Assembly (NCBI RefSeq): GCF_006345805.1
Contig: NC_043004.1
Span: 24,800,001-24,864,000 of the forward strand
Origin: Octopus sinensis
Taxonomy: Eukaryota
Direction of reading: 5' to 3'
Length of the DNA: 64,000 bases
Of this stretch, positions 24,933-39,129 are shown piece by piece. Position 1 is the stretch's first letter, and the number at the start of each line of letters is the position of its first letter. Below the pieces are notes generated by a model that did not search any database, was not told where the DNA came from, and was given only the letters and a program-made list of their open reading frames with translations. A program made the translations under genes and the position numbers.

Positions 24933-25429
24933 CTCTTTCTTTCTCTCACTCTCTTGATTGGTTTTAGTCAAACACATGAACCTCAGGACTAGTTTTTCTT
25001 TTCAAATCCTGCTACTTCTTCTATCGGACTCTTTTGATGATCTGCCAAATTACAGGAACATAAGCACATCAATCCCGGTTGTCAAGCACTGGTGGTGGTG
25101 GTGGGGGGGGGGCACACGGACACAAAGACACACACATAGATACATGCATATATACATGCATGGAAACACACCTCATGAGTGAAAACATTGCAACTTCCAA
25201 ATATGGTTGACAACCAGGTCAACACATCTCTCTCCAACTTTTACTGGTAAACTCTGCTATTCATTTACACACCTTCAATGAACATGAAAGGTGATTTCAA
25301 GTCATCAAAAGCAACAGCTGCTTAACCAAGCTGGTTTCTTGTCACCTGAAATGTGTTCTGATGCCACCAGGAATGTTTCCTGGTTTAAGTAGTGTAAAGC
25401 TCAGTGTTCAGGTAGTTGACCACAGCTGC

Positions 25430-25720
25430 CACAGGAAAAGCTTCTTGACTATAGCGAGGCACCAGATATCTTGGTCCTTTGACATTTTCTCAGCAAGGTT
25501 CAGTGTTCTGAGTTCATTCTTCAGTACTTCGTCCCATGTCTTCCTGGGACGCCCACTTCCACAAGTTGCATCCACTTTGATTGATCAGTACTTCCTTATG
25601 AAGCTGTTGACATCCATCCACATCACATGACCAAACCAGCACAGTCTTCTTTCTTGCATATTGCATCTAGTTCCTCTTATGCCTAACCTTTTCTCTTAGC
25701 ACACCAGCACTCTGTCTCTC
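25430..25720 (-). mobile_element. RTE-clade LINE 3' fragment
   Basis: Minus strand RLGIRGTRCNMQERRLCWFGHV ... GSGRPRKTWDEVLKNEL. Confidence 0.8.
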
Positions 25721-25961
25721 TCTCTTTCACACACATTTGACAGGCACTTTCCAGTTTCTGCCTACCAAATGCACTCAAGGCTTTGGTTGGACCAAGGCTA
25801 TAGCAAAACTCAGTTGTACAGGGTGCCACTCAGTAGTAATGAACCTGAAACCATGTGGTTGGGAAGCAAACTTTTAACCACAAAGCCATTCCTGCGGCAT
25901 GCATACATATATATATAGATGGATGGATGGATAGATAGATACACACATGCATGCACACACA

Positions 25962-26011
<50 letters not shown>

Positions 26012-26720
26012 TTCACACATTCTCATACACAGAATAGACCATTGTGTAATTATATCTACCCTAAAATGATTTAGAAAAAATTCTGAAGGAGAAGAATTTC
26101 TTTAATTTAAACTTACTTTGGAAAAGTTTTCTCACCCTATCCGATAGAATAACATGCATGTTTATACACACACACACACACACACACGCACATGCACACG
26201 CACACACACACATGCACACACACACACACACATATATATAGACATATTTTTCTAGAAGAGACCAAAAGATCAGAAAGAACTTCATTTACATCTATTTGGG
26301 AAGAGACCCTTCAGTTTTCCACATTTACATCTATAGCAATGTGAAAAGTAAGTTCTCTGAGATTTTTTTCATTGAAGTCTATTCCACATCACCTTTTTGC
26401 GGAAATAATATGACTTGAAAAATTAATCAGAAACAACAGCAACAACAACAAATACAAATTCAAAATCAACAAACCAACAACAAAAAAAAAAAACCCATCC
26501 AGATAATGCCATTTTAAATTGACCATAAATATTCTGTAATAGGTATTGTTTGAATAATTTACTTAGCATCCAGCTTAATCTAACAATGCAAGATTAATCA
26601 TTAATTCTTTTGTTAATACTTTTGCTTATCATCAAATCTATTTCCTCGGGAAGAAGTTAACAATGAAATATCACACTCTTTGATTTTATATCTATCTGTT
26701 ATCTATCTATCTATCTGTCC

Positions 26721-26759
<39 letters not shown>

Positions 26760-26760
26760 C

Positions 26761-26820
<60 letters not shown>

Positions 26821-26930
26821 GTCTATCTTTCTATCTATCCATCTATCTGTCTATCTTTCTATCTATCCATCCATCTATCTATCTATCTATATTTGTATAT
26901 ATATATATGTGTATATATATATATATATAT

Positions 26931-26986
<56 letters not shown>

Positions 26987-28949
26987 GCATATTAATACAT
27001 TCACACACACACACATATATATGAGTGTGTGTATATATATATATATACATAATGTATATATTTAATATATGCATATATATTTATATATATGTGCGTATAC
27101 GTATATGTATGCATGCATAATACATATGTGTGTACATATGTGCATGTAATATATGTAGATGTATATTTATTTAATTATGTAACACACATACACATTCATG
27201 CATACACAGGGAAAGATATATTTCCTTTGTGCTGATTAGTTAGAGAGAGCGGGAGAGAGAGAGAGACAGAGAGAGAGAAGGAGAGTGAGAGAGAAAGAGA
27301 GAGAGAGAGAGGAGAGGGAGATAGGTTGAGGGAAGGAGAGAAATGCATCCTCATTGTAACTATTTTCATTTCGATAACCATTAATTATTACTACTACTAC
27401 TACTACCACCACCACCACCATCATCGTCGTCGTCGTCCTCCTCCTCCTCCTCCTCATCATCATCATCATCAGCAGCAGCAGCAGCATCATCTGCATCATC
27501 ATCATCATTATTATTATTTTGTTGTTGTTTTATTCATTTTTCTAAAAGAAAGAAAAAGTATTTAAAAAAAAAACGAAATGCATTTTGGAATGTCTAATAT
27601 TGTTCAACAAAGACATATGAGACAATAGCTATTGTATTTAAAGGAAGAAGAAGAAAAATTAAATACTAGAAAGTGAAAAAAAAAAAAAAAAGGAGAAAAA
27701 GAGATATTGATAAAGAGAAGAGAATGTAGACGGAATGCAGATAGTATATTTTAGTTTTTAACATCAGTCTCCAATATGTAAAGCTTTGAGTCTTGAAAGT
27801 CTAGCATGCGTGTATCTATGTCTTCTTAGCATTCACTTCATTTCTTCCTCTAGCTGGTTGCTAACAAATTGATAAGGTTCTTTTGTTTAAGCTTACACAG
27901 TACTAGTAATTTTGGATTCATATGTATATGTAAATGTATATGGGTGTTAATGAGTAAGTATGTATGTGAGTGTATGCAGGCACATGCATATATGCGTGAG
28001 TATGTATAATGTAATCGCTTACATATACTGGTTTCTGTTGAAATATGTTTCGGCACCCAATTCATGCTCACAGCCACACATACACACTTTTTGATATCAG
28101 CACAATTGTTGAGCTGTAAAAGGACTAAGATATCAGCTGTAATAATACAGCTGTTGATGTTTTCTCTCTCTTTCTCTTTCTTTCTTTCTCTATCCTCTAA
28201 TGACAGACTAATGGAGAATTACAGTCTTGATATTAATGTTTGAGTTGTTGTTGTCCAGCCCCAGACAACTGTAACTGAGTATAACTACTTCACATAAGCT
28301 GTCAGTCAATGATGATGCACCGATCCACAAAAAAATGTCAACTTTTCATCAGTCCAGCTGTGATGATCCTGTCTTTTTTTTCTCTCCAGGCATAACATAT
28401 CTTCCAATAAGAGCTTCTTTTTCTAAAGAAACTATGGTGTGATTTGAGGGAGAATTGACTGTTATTTCTAGTAGACACATAAAAAAAACCACACAGAGAT
28501 TCTCTTGCAGGCTTGTAACAATCTAGTTAGCAGCTCTGGTTACAATGATGCCTCATGTAAAGTGTAAAACTAACCAGGATGCTGAAGCAGAACCTTGGGT
28601 TGTTAACTAAGCTTATAAACTTTTCTTTGAAACAAAATCTAGTAAATCTTTTAGTTATTCTTTTAGCTATATACATATATACATGAATTACGCATGTATC
28701 TCTCAATCTAGCTTGAAGGATTTTGGTAAGTCTTGAAGGGTAATGTTAGGCAGTCTTTGAATGGAAAAATTCCTTTGAGTAATTTAGCTTTAAGAGAGGT
28801 TTATGATATGCTGTTGCCGGTTTTACTTCTTCTGACACTAATGTATAAAATGCTTCACTAACTACCATACCATCATCACCACTACCACCAAAACCACAAC
28901 AACCACCACCAAATATATATATATAAAAACACACACACACATACATGTA

Positions 28950-29031
<82 letters not shown>

Positions 29032-29032
29032 G

Positions 29033-29084
<52 letters not shown>

Positions 29085-29086
29085 TA

Positions 29087-29813
29087 AGGAGGTGCTGAAA
29101 GGTTCCTGGCTTTGGGTAAAAGAAAATACTGGAGGATCAGTTAATTATGATTTTATTCAACACTAGCAGTATCGCCCGGCGTTGCTCGGGTTTGTAAGGG
29201 AAATAACTATATAAGCATCTTTAGAGAGTTACTTCCCTTATAGATGCCAATTTGGGCTTTCTTAGCCATTTCTGTTTTGGTGTCTTCAAGCCATGAAGTC
29301 GTTGTTCTAAAAGAACGCTGGTCTCCTTGACAACGCTTTACGACGTTGATTTCCTTACACTCCCTTGCCCACAGCTTCAGGAGGGAGGGAAGAAGGGGGA
29401 GAAGCAAACAGGTGCAGGTGTGACCATGGACGCCAACTCCGCCGCCATCGACACACGAAAAATTATGCATTAAAATGGAATAAAAAATGATGTTAAATTA
29501 TTTTTAAAATTGTAGACTCATCGTAGACATGCGCTAATACTCAGACGGGCTCGATATGAATCACGACTATAAGATACCCAAATTTGGTTAAACTGCACCG
29601 CAAAATGTGGGAGTAGTTAGGAATCTAAATCGAAGGGGACAGACACTCACACAACTACAGTTTTATATATATAGATATTCCCCCACAGATTAACACACTT
29701 ATTGCAGCAGTTCCTTACGTTTTCTAAGCCCTGTAAAAGAATTTGGGAGGTTGGGCCTCCAACCAGACCTTTTGCAATATCCTTAGGACCAGGAACTTTT
29801 CAGCACCCCCTCA
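29087..29813. mobile_element. Mariner-like MITE interrupted by a Helitron
   Basis: TIRs ggtgctgaaaggttcctgg / ccaggaacttttcagcacc, TA-flanked. Confidence 0.7.
29163..29675 (-). mobile_element. Non-autonomous Helitron
   Basis: Minus strand starts TC(tatatat), ends CTAG, sits between A and T, with subterminal hairpin cccgagcaacgccggg. Confidence 0.8.
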
Positions 29814-29817
29814 TACA

Positions 29818-29851
<34 letters not shown>

Positions 29852-30502
29852 CATACATGCATATATACATACATACATACATATATACATGCATACATAC
29901 ATACATACATGATGGCCGTCCACTCGTGACCGAGGAAGACCATTGCCGACCTTCAGGAACATTGTGCGCTCTAGGACTAACTTATATTTTGCATTTGCGG
30001 CTCTGTTGGTGGCTAATGGCTAATGAGTCCTGCTCTTGACATACATACATACATACATACATACATACATACATACATACATACATACATACATACATAC
30101 ATGCATATATAGGTGCAGGTATGTCTGTGTAGAATGAAGTTCGATTTCCAACCACATGGTTCTAGGCTCAGTCTCATTGCATGGTACCTTAGGCAGATGT
30201 CTTCAACTATAGCCATGGGCTGATGAAAGCCATGTCACAGGATTTGGTAGATGGAAACTGAAAGAAGCCCATCATGTGTGCGTGTGTGTGTGTTTGTGTT
30301 TGTGTGCCTCCACCCGGCACCACTTAACAACTAGTATTGTTTTGCTTATGTCCCTGTAACTTATCAATTTGGCAAAAGAAACTACTAGAATAAGTAACAA
30401 GTTTTTATTAAAAAAAAAGGGCTTAAGTCAATTCAAGGTAGTGCCTCAGCATGGCCACAGTTGAATGAAGTAAAAGACTATATATGTATGTGTGTGTGTA
30501 TA

Positions 30503-30568
<66 letters not shown>

Positions 30569-30750
30569 TTGTTATCGCCATATTAATATGGCAGTCTTAT
30601 AGATATAAGACTAAAGCTGTCGCTGATTAGCTCCATGAGGCCATCACCTTAAGCTAGCTATTTGACACACAAACTGTGTCCATTATAACCTTCGAACAAG
30701 GGAGGTCAGCCGCTGCACACTGCCAGTCAGACAGCTACATATATATATAT

Positions 30751-31062
30751 GGAGGCGCAATGGCCTAGTGGTTAGGGCAGCGGACTCGCAGTTGCAGGAT
30801 CGCGGTTTCGATTCCCAGACCGGGCGTTGTGAGTGTTTATTGAGCGAAAACACCTAAAAGCTCCACGAGGCTCCAGCAGGGGGTGGTGATCCCTGCTGTA
30901 CTCTTTCACCACTCTTTCTCCCACTCTTTCTTCTGTTGGCCTGCTCGCTTAGCCAGCGGGGTGGCGTCATTCGAAGGCTAAAACAATGCGAACGCATTGT
31001 GACCAGCGATGTGTAACAACATCTGATGGTCTGGTCGGTCACGTGATCACGTGATATATATA
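30751..31062 (+). mobile_element. tRNA-derived SINE family D
   Basis: A box tggcctagtgg, B-box-like gtttcgattcc. Related copies at ~55722-56030 and 61171-61470. Confidence 0.75.
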
Positions 31063-31592
31063 TATATATATGTATGTTTATGTATATATATATATATATA
31101 TATATCATCATCATCCATCATCGTCGTTTAATATCCGCTTTCCATGCTGGCATGGGTTGGACGGTTTGACTGAGGGCTGACAAGCTAGAAGGCTACACCA
31201 GTCTCCAATGTAATCTGGCAAAGTTTCTACAGCTGGCTGATCCACTACATATAACTCCCCACCAGAGAGGTTCCAGGAAAAGGAAAGGAATTATCGAGGA
31301 AGAGAAAGAAATGCATGGCTAAGGAAAAATTTTGCGTATCAGGAGAGAGGATCCTTGAAGTGTATACAGGACAATTTTCTATTCGTATACGTCCAAATAG
31401 CAGTGTCGCTATGAATGCCAAAATGTGCAGTCAGTGACTGGACAGCACAGAAAATGAGTTAGTGCATGAGTGCATGTGAGGATGTATACACTTGTGCAGG
31501 TGCACATATCAAAATTCACTGTAAAAGAGCTTAGGTGAGTGAATGTATTCTCAATCCATGATATGGAAGATCCTCCCACAGGATTATGCCCA

Positions 31593-32156
31593 TTTCGGCA
31601 TATTTGGCATTAGAAATTATTTCGTTTGCCCTTATTTATAAGTTGCTTATAAAATTAACCTTTAAAGGTATTTTTTAATATGCTGGCCATTGATAAAATT
31701 TTTTTGCGAAAACCTTTTATCCTAAATTAAATATAACACGTGTCTCAAATGGGCTGGAGAATTTCTATTTTGGATGTATTTGGGGTACTTAATTGGGCTC
31801 ATGACTTAGTGTTTGCTTCTTCCATGGGTATGAGTAAGTGTCTCATTTATTTCTTTGCCACATTTATCACTGATGAAGGGAGGGTTCTTACGAACTAACC
31901 CTGAAATCGGTCCAATATGGTAATAATGGAATTTTTTAGAGATTTCTATCAACCTATTTTTTGAGTAGCGTGCGTATTGTGAAAAATTAAATGGTTATGG
32001 ACAGGGTGTCTAATTTCAGCATATTTGGCATTAGAAATTTTTTTGTTTGCCCTTATTTATAAGTTGTTTATGAATTTAACCTTTAAAGGTATTTTTTAAT
32101 ATGTTGGCCATTGATAAAATTTTTTTCGAAAAAAATTTTATCCTAAATTAAATATA
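31593..32156. repeat. Two ~143-bp direct repeats (31593-31735, 32014-32156)
   Basis: tttc(g/a)gcatatttggcattagaaatt...cctaaattaaatata repeated with a 421-bp offset. Confidence 0.8.
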
Positions 32157-32171
32157 TATATATATATGTAT

Positions 32172-32620
32172 CAGTGGTGAAGGGTGACTAGGAGGCTCGG
32201 GCATGCAGTCCGCCCCACCCTGCCCACTGAGGTTGGGGTGGGGGACTTCCGAGTATGACAGTTAAGATTTCATTTGAAGGTTTGTCATCTCACCAAACAT
32301 AACAGCAATAAATGCTGTTTTTGCAATTGTCTCAATTACACCTTCACTTGTAACAGCTATACAATTAAATGATTTCATTTTGAATATCACTTGAAAGTGA
32401 CATTCGTTTTCAATATCACTTCAAAGCTGACAAAATGTGTTCTTATACTGACAAACTAACTGATATGGGAAACAGAAAAATTAGTTCAGAATGGGTCATC
32501 TCGTCTTTCATTCAGACTATTCATAATACTTTTAATCAAAATAACGATGACATTCCTTGCTGCCCACTTTGGCTTTGATTTTTCAGTTTAAGTTTTGGTT
32601 TCTCTTTTCCAAGAATGATA
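32172..32620 (-). mobile_element. Decayed hAT (ZMYM/DUF4371-like) transposase fragment
   Basis: Minus strand SDIQNEII and IETIAKTAFIAVMFGEMT remnants; GC-rich cagtgg terminus near 32172. Confidence 0.45.
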
Positions 32621-33591
32621 ATATTCTTCTTATCTGTTTCAAAGTTGGGGAAAGTAGAGAGAAAACCGAACTGATTGGCCACTTTTGCCATCCTGGGGAC
32701 AATTGAAAGCATGAGAAATTCTACTTGATTATAATCTTTTTAAATGAATCAAAGCTTTATGCTTATAGATAATTTAGGAGCTAGTTCACTTTTTTATGTA
32801 ACCTTTCTTAAATAACTTTGAATATTTAAAATTAAATTCTAAAGCATTGACATGAACAAATGAATGAAAACTTTACTTTTTAATCACACACACACACAGA
32901 CATGCACGCACACATGCATGTACCCACGTATACATACACACATGCATGCGCATGTGCACACGCACACAGACACAGACACACACACACACACACACACACA
33001 CGCATGCACACAAATTGCCACTTTCGTCTTTTCACTCAATGTGTGAAATAGTTAAGAAAACTCTAGGGTCACATGACTGAATTCAGGCCTTAGGAAGGGA
33101 TCAACAATACTCTCCCCATTGGTTAAATCTTTTTAGAAACCAAGTGTGTGTGTGTGTGTGTGGTAAGAAGTTTGCTTCTCAACCACATGGTTCCAGGTCC
33201 AGTCCTCTACTAGTGTCTTCTACCAATGCCTTCTACTATAGCCTTGGGCCGACTAAAACCCTGTAAGTGGACTTGATAGAAGGGAAACTGAAAAAACCCC
33301 ATTGCATATATATGTGTGTGTGTGTGTCTTTGTGTCTGTGTTTGTCCTTCACCAACACTTGATAATTGCCATTGGTGTGCTTGCATTTCTGGAACTTAGC
33401 ATTTCAGTTCATGAGACCAAAAGAATAAGCACCAGGCTTTAAAAATTGTACTGGGGTAGATTCATTAGACTAAGAATTATTTGAAGGTGGTGCCCCAGCA
33501 TGGCCACAATCTACTGATTGAAACAAGTAGAAGGTGAAAGATAAAATGTGTATTTTTCAGTACCAAATAATCATGCTTTTTAGCTGTGTTG

Positions 33592-33791
33592 AGTTGTCAA
33601 CAGAAAGATAAGGAGAGGGAAGCAAATTTTTTACTGATTTCTTTATTTGCTTTCTGTCTGTCTTTTTTTTTTTTTGGCGCTCCTTTCTTGAAAATAATAG
33701 AATACAAAGAAAATAACATCACTGCTCTTACTCTGACAGAAAGGAAGCAGTAAATATTTGCTTCCCTTTCCTTTTGTTTCTGTTGACAACT
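33592..33791. mobile_element. MITE, ~55-bp TIRs
   Basis: agttgtcaacagaaa...gggaagcaaat vs atttgcttccc...tttctgttgacaact. Confidence 0.65.
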
Positions 33792-33945
33792 TTATACTAA
33801 GAAATGAAGGAATACAAAATAAAATAAATATCTAGTGAAAATTATCAATAATCAATTATATATAACACAAAAATTATTGGAAGAATAGTAAGGCATGCAG
33901 TACATGCATTGCATACATAAACCTTTCGCCCTTTATATATATATA

Positions 33946-34073
<128 letters not shown>

Positions 34074-34166
34074 CATACAAATGTCTATAATAAGTTTATT
34101 GAAAGTTACTTTGAAGTTTTCTTACACGACTTATTTAAGCATATTCAAATTGTCTAAATAGGATAT

Positions 34167-34450
34167 ATGAGCAAAATGCCCCCTGTCCAATGGACGGTGC
34201 TGAGTTGTCAAAATTTTAAACCAAATTTTTTTTTTGGTCTTTTAAATATACTGCATTTTGTGGCATTATTTCAAGCCAGCTGGATTTTTTTGTGCAACCT
34301 GCACGTGCATTTTTCTCGCGTACTCAAAACTTATACATGCCCTGATACCATCAGTATCTATATATCAAATCTGAGCACAATTGGATGGAGGATGCCCGAG
34401 ATCCTAGAAGACACACACACAGACAGACAGAACAGATTTCATATAATAGA
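34167..34450 (-). mobile_element. Truncated Helitron-like element
   Basis: Right end cacacacagacagacag...ttcatataataga/t resembles the terminus of the 29163 element. Confidence 0.35.
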
Positions 34451-35170
34451 TAACCCAGGGAAGCTTTAAAATCACTGCCTATAAAATTATCATAAGTATC
34501 AAATTCAACATTTTATTGAGACCTTTAGTCAGTTAAGTTCACTGTCTTTTTATACATATGAATTTTACACATTTTTTACACTGTGTGTGTGTGTGTGAAT
34601 GTGTAAACACTACTCATTAGTATGATGCCCAAATGGCTTAAATAATGAAAAACTGCACAAAGCATGTCTGATAAATATTAGATCAAGTATTTAAATGCCT
34701 TTAATGACATTAATTTGTTTCCAGGAATAAATCTTTCAAAACTGATAGCATCTATATTTATATAATGTATATATATAAATATAGATAGGGCTCAGTCCCA
34801 CTGTGTAGTACCTTGGGCAAGTGTCTTCTACTATAGCCTTGGCCTTGTGAGTGGATTTGGTAGATGAAAATTGAAAGAAGCTTGTTGTATATATATACAC
34901 GTATATTTTTATGTGTGTGTGTCTTTGTGTCTGTTTTTCCCCCTCCATTACTTGACAGCTGATGTTGTTGTGTTTATACCCCCATAACTTAGTGGTTCAG
35001 CAAAGAGACCAGTAGAATTAGTACTAGGCTTACAAAGAATCAGTTTGGAGATTGATTTCTTCAACTAAAAAACCCTTTAAAGTGGTGCTCCAGCATGACT
35101 GCAGTCAAATGATTGAAACAAGTATTTAAAGATAAAATATATATATATATTTTGCAGAAAAATGTGTCGG

Positions 35171-35249
35171 TGGCCGGCTATGAGACTCAAACTCACACCT
35201 CTGTGATTATACGTCGTGGTGCTCTGAACCATTAAGCTAATTCTTCCGC
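35171..35249 (-). pseudogene. tRNA-like remnant (probable SINE head)
   Basis: A box tagcttaatggtt, degenerate B box gagtttgagtct; no clean cloverleaf. Confidence 0.3.
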
Positions 35250-36630
35250 AAACTTAAGATATATAGAAATCTTGCTTTATGAGCTGGTATCATATGTTAA
35301 ATTCAAATTATGATGAACGTAAACAAACAAACGAAGTTTGCTTTAGAAGCTTTGAGATGTCTTAGAAAGTTAAAGGAGTGATTTTAAATTCTCAAACACA
35401 GGATAATGCCAATAATATAGCCTGAACAGGATAAGCTACCCCTATTTTGCAGTGTTGGCAGCCGGCTAAGACATAACAAAGTTCGAAATCACTGTGATAC
35501 ATTGGTCCAAGGTCTTAGTAATTTTGCCCATTTCTCCAACTTCATCTTTATGTAAAAGTAAAAACTTGTGGTTTTGAGTTGTTTTGACTGCTATTTTAGC
35601 ATGCTGGTACTACCTGCATTACCTTTCATTATTAATACGCACACACATGTTGTATATATATTGTGTGTGTGTGTGTGTGTATTATTGCTGTCACATGCAT
35701 AGTATATGAGTTTTGTTTATATGCCCATTCACTGTAGGAGAGTAACCTGGAAATGTCTCTTCATGATACTGAGTGTTAAAGAAAACTGAAGATCTCAAAT
35801 CAGGTGAGACAACTCACCCAGTAGATCAAAGAGAATGGTGAATATCAATATTTTGCTGTCTTTCAGCTCAGCAGCACTGTATACTTGACTCACCTTGAAG
35901 CGAATTGAATCCCTGCTCTGAGACATATATGTAAATATATGCAAATAGTGTAAAACCTATTTGCTGATGTGCTATAGTGTAGCACATGTGAAACAAAATT
36001 AAATTTCGAATTTAAAGCAGCTCTAATAATGCTTGCACTATGAGAGTGGCTCTTCCTTGGACTTTTTTCCTCTATCCAATGATGAACTATGCTTGAAACA
36101 TTATATTTTTACTTCTGTTTTTCCATCAAAAACTTTCCCCAAGTGCTAGTCTAATATATTCACTGTGTATGTCCAATTCACTTATTGTTTTTTACTTGTT
36201 TTTGCATTTGTGAACTTCTCTGCATTAAGATTTCTGCCTTGATGATAGAATCTCATCCTATCCAATGTTAATTGCATCCATACAGCCGCATATTGCAATG
36301 AACTAAATCTACCTATTTTTATGGATGGCTGAGCCCCTAGAAACAGCTGTTGGACTAAGAACAACTTTCTTCCACTCATTTAATTTTCTCAGTCATTTGT
36401 TCTCTGTGTAAGTTGGACCTATTAATATAAATATCTACATGATTATACTTAAAAATTCATCATCTTTTGTTTTCTCTCATTTCGCACGTATACATATATT
36501 ACATATTATGCATTTATACCAAAACTAATATTTGTAATATATTTAATATATTTAATGTATCTAATTTGTTTATCCTCATAATTACCTCTATAGCTGCTCA
36601 ACTTAATCCCTCTTTATAACCTTTCTTTAC

Positions 36631-36726
36631 CTTGTGGAATGACCCCCTGTAAAGACATTGGAATCTAAGTTTGAATCTTTTGAGCACTACTAAGTGTCTT
36701 CTATATGGAGAATCACTGAATCTCAT
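36631..36726 (-). CDS. Candidate exon MRFSDSPYRRHLVVLKRFKLRFQCLYRGSFHK
   Basis: Acceptor atagttcacag, donor aag/gtaaag, 96 nt, single open frame (phase 0-0); protein not recognised. Confidence 0.2.
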
Positions 36727-36861
36727 CTGTGAACTATATATAAATATAAATTTAAATAATAAGGGTGAAAAATTGAATATTAATTTGATTAATGTCAATT
36801 TAAAACCAAATGCCTAACATATTGAAAAATCTGAAGATTCAGAAAAATTACATTATATACA

Positions 36862-37171
36862 TATAAGAGGGATGACCACTAAGTGGACATCCATTATGCT
36901 AGAGGTGGACTCCATATGGTCTAACCACTAAGAAAAGATTGTTCTCAAGAAAATTCAGCAAACACCAGAACATAATACTTATTACGTAAGTGGTAACAAT
37001 GACACCAGGTTTGTGATTAATCTGTATATTTTGTATCTTTTCATTTGTCATGCTCACTTACATTCTGGCGTTTGCTGAATTTTCTTGAGAACAATCTTTT
37101 CTTAGTGGTCAGACCATATGGGGTCTACCTCTAGCATAATGGATGTCCACTTAGTAGTCATCCCTCTTATA
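36862..37171. mobile_element. Foldback element, 109-bp inverted arms
   Basis: 36862-36970 vs 37063-37171, near-perfect reverse complements. Confidence 0.85.
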
Positions 37172-37176
37172 AGTAC

Positions 37177-37215
<39 letters not shown>

Positions 37216-37348
37216 ACTCTGAAGAAGGGTTTGGTTGGATCATGATTATAGTAGAAGACACTGTCCTTGCAGTGGGCCTGAGCTCAGAACCATGTGGTTT
37301 GGGAAGCAAACTTTTACCATACTGCCACGCCTGTGCCTACATGGCCAT

Positions 37349-37863
37349 ATAGATGGAAGGCCCCTTATTACAACAACCTAGCTGCAAGTGGATTCAAGGA
37401 GAATGGACTGTCAGCAACCCCAAAATCTATATACATACATATATATGTGTGTATATATATATATATATATGTAAATATGTATATACACTCACATATGTTT
37501 GTGTGTGTGTGTGCGTGTGTGTATGCGTGTGTGCGTGCGTATGCATGAATCCTAAATCCCATACCTAGATGTTAAAAAACAGATATTGATAAAATAAGAA
37601 CTACACTGAAATTAGTGCTGAGGTAAATATAATTGACCGAAACTCTTGAAGGTGATGCCTCAGCATGGTTTTAGTCTAATGATCGAAACCAGTAAAAAAA
37701 TTTATAGTCTCAGCATTTAATAAAAAAATAAAGGGGTCATGGAAGACATGATTTCTAGATTTCATGACATAAGTTTCTTCTTGGGATTTTTGGGTTGCTG
37801 ACAATCCATTCTCCTTGAATCCACTTGCTGCTAGGTTGTTGTAATAAGGGGCCTTCCATCTAT
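37349..37863. mobile_element. Foldback/MITE, 79-bp inverted arms
   Basis: 37349-37427 vs 37785-37863; ccat on both flanks; the same peptide appears on both strands in the ORF track. Confidence 0.8.
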
Positions 37864-38515
37864 CCATTTTCTTTGCTTAGAATGGTAATAAGTAAAGTTA
37901 CCTTCTTGATTCACACCGATTCATAAGAGCCAGTTTACCAGTTTCTGACAGCCTCGCCTGGCCCCCATGCTGGTTTCACGTAAAAGCACCATCCGTTCGT
38001 GGCTGTTTACCAGCTCTGTCTGGCACCTGTGCAGGTGGCACGTAAAAAGCACCCACTACACTCACGGAGTGGTTGGCGTTAGGAAGGGCATCCAGCCGTA
38101 GAAACACTGCCAGATCTGACTGGGCCTGATGAAGCCTTCCGGCTTCACGGACCCCAGTTGAACCGTCCAACCCATGCTAGCATGGAAAACGGACGCTAAA
38201 TGATGATGATGATGATGATGATGATGGTGTATAAATTCCTCACCTGGACAGGATGCCGGTCTGTCTCAGGATTACTCACTTTTGTCAGCTGAGTGAACTG
38301 GAACAATGTCAAATCAAATGTCTTGCTCAAGAACACAATGTGAATTATTAACCTTGAGAGACCCTCATATATAGGTGCTTTTAGCCCCAAGCACCTACAT
38401 GAGAGGATCTCTCAAGGCTAATAATGCAGTATTTGGGATTTCTAACAAGATATTCATGTTCAGTTGGATATAAAGATCACATTTTGGTAGTAATATTGCT
38501 TCCAATGTTAATTTA

Positions 38516-38551
<36 letters not shown>

Positions 38552-38749
38552 TGTATGTATGTATGTATGTATGTATGTATGTATGTATGTATGTATATAT
38601 GTATGCATGTATGTATCTCTCTCAACCCTAGTGCTTATATATTTAAGCCTGAGACTTATTCTATGTTTCTTTGGTCAAACTAAGTTACACACACACACAC
38701 ACACATACACATACATGAGCATACATACATACATACATACATACATGCA

Positions 38750-38781
<32 letters not shown>

Positions 38782-38844
38782 CATACATACATACATACAT
38801 ACATACATACATACATACATGTGTGTGTGTGTATATGTGCGTGT

Positions 38845-39060
38845 ATATACAGGATGTGGTAAATATATTGTCATCTAAAATACACAAGTGTGAAAATAAC
38901 ACTGTCATCATATTTTAACAGATATATTTACCAAAATTACATAAAAATACCTTGAAATACTAAAGAGTAAATTTATTCAATAAAATCGCCATTGGCTTCA
39001 ACCATGGCCTCTAGATGATTTCTGAACCTCCTGCAACTCTTCTGGATGGTCTCTTTGTTT
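38845..39060. mobile_element. Tc1/mariner remnant
   Basis: tacaggatgtgg terminus; minus strand RRFRNHLEAMVEANGD resembles a transposase C-terminus. Confidence 0.45.
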
Positions 39061-39129
39061 AAGTTGGTGAATGCTACCATAATCCTAAGACTTATTTTTC
39101 CTGTCTGAACTCAAAAATAATTCAGTCTG

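Noticed and set aside
25274-25346. Minus-strand exon with tttcag/gtgtgt signals
   Set aside because: Stops in all frames, and an equally plausible plus-strand reading overlaps it; cannot be supported.
30751-30825. Functional tRNA gene
   Set aside because: A/B boxes continue into a SINE body repeated elsewhere; no proper acceptor stem or terminator.
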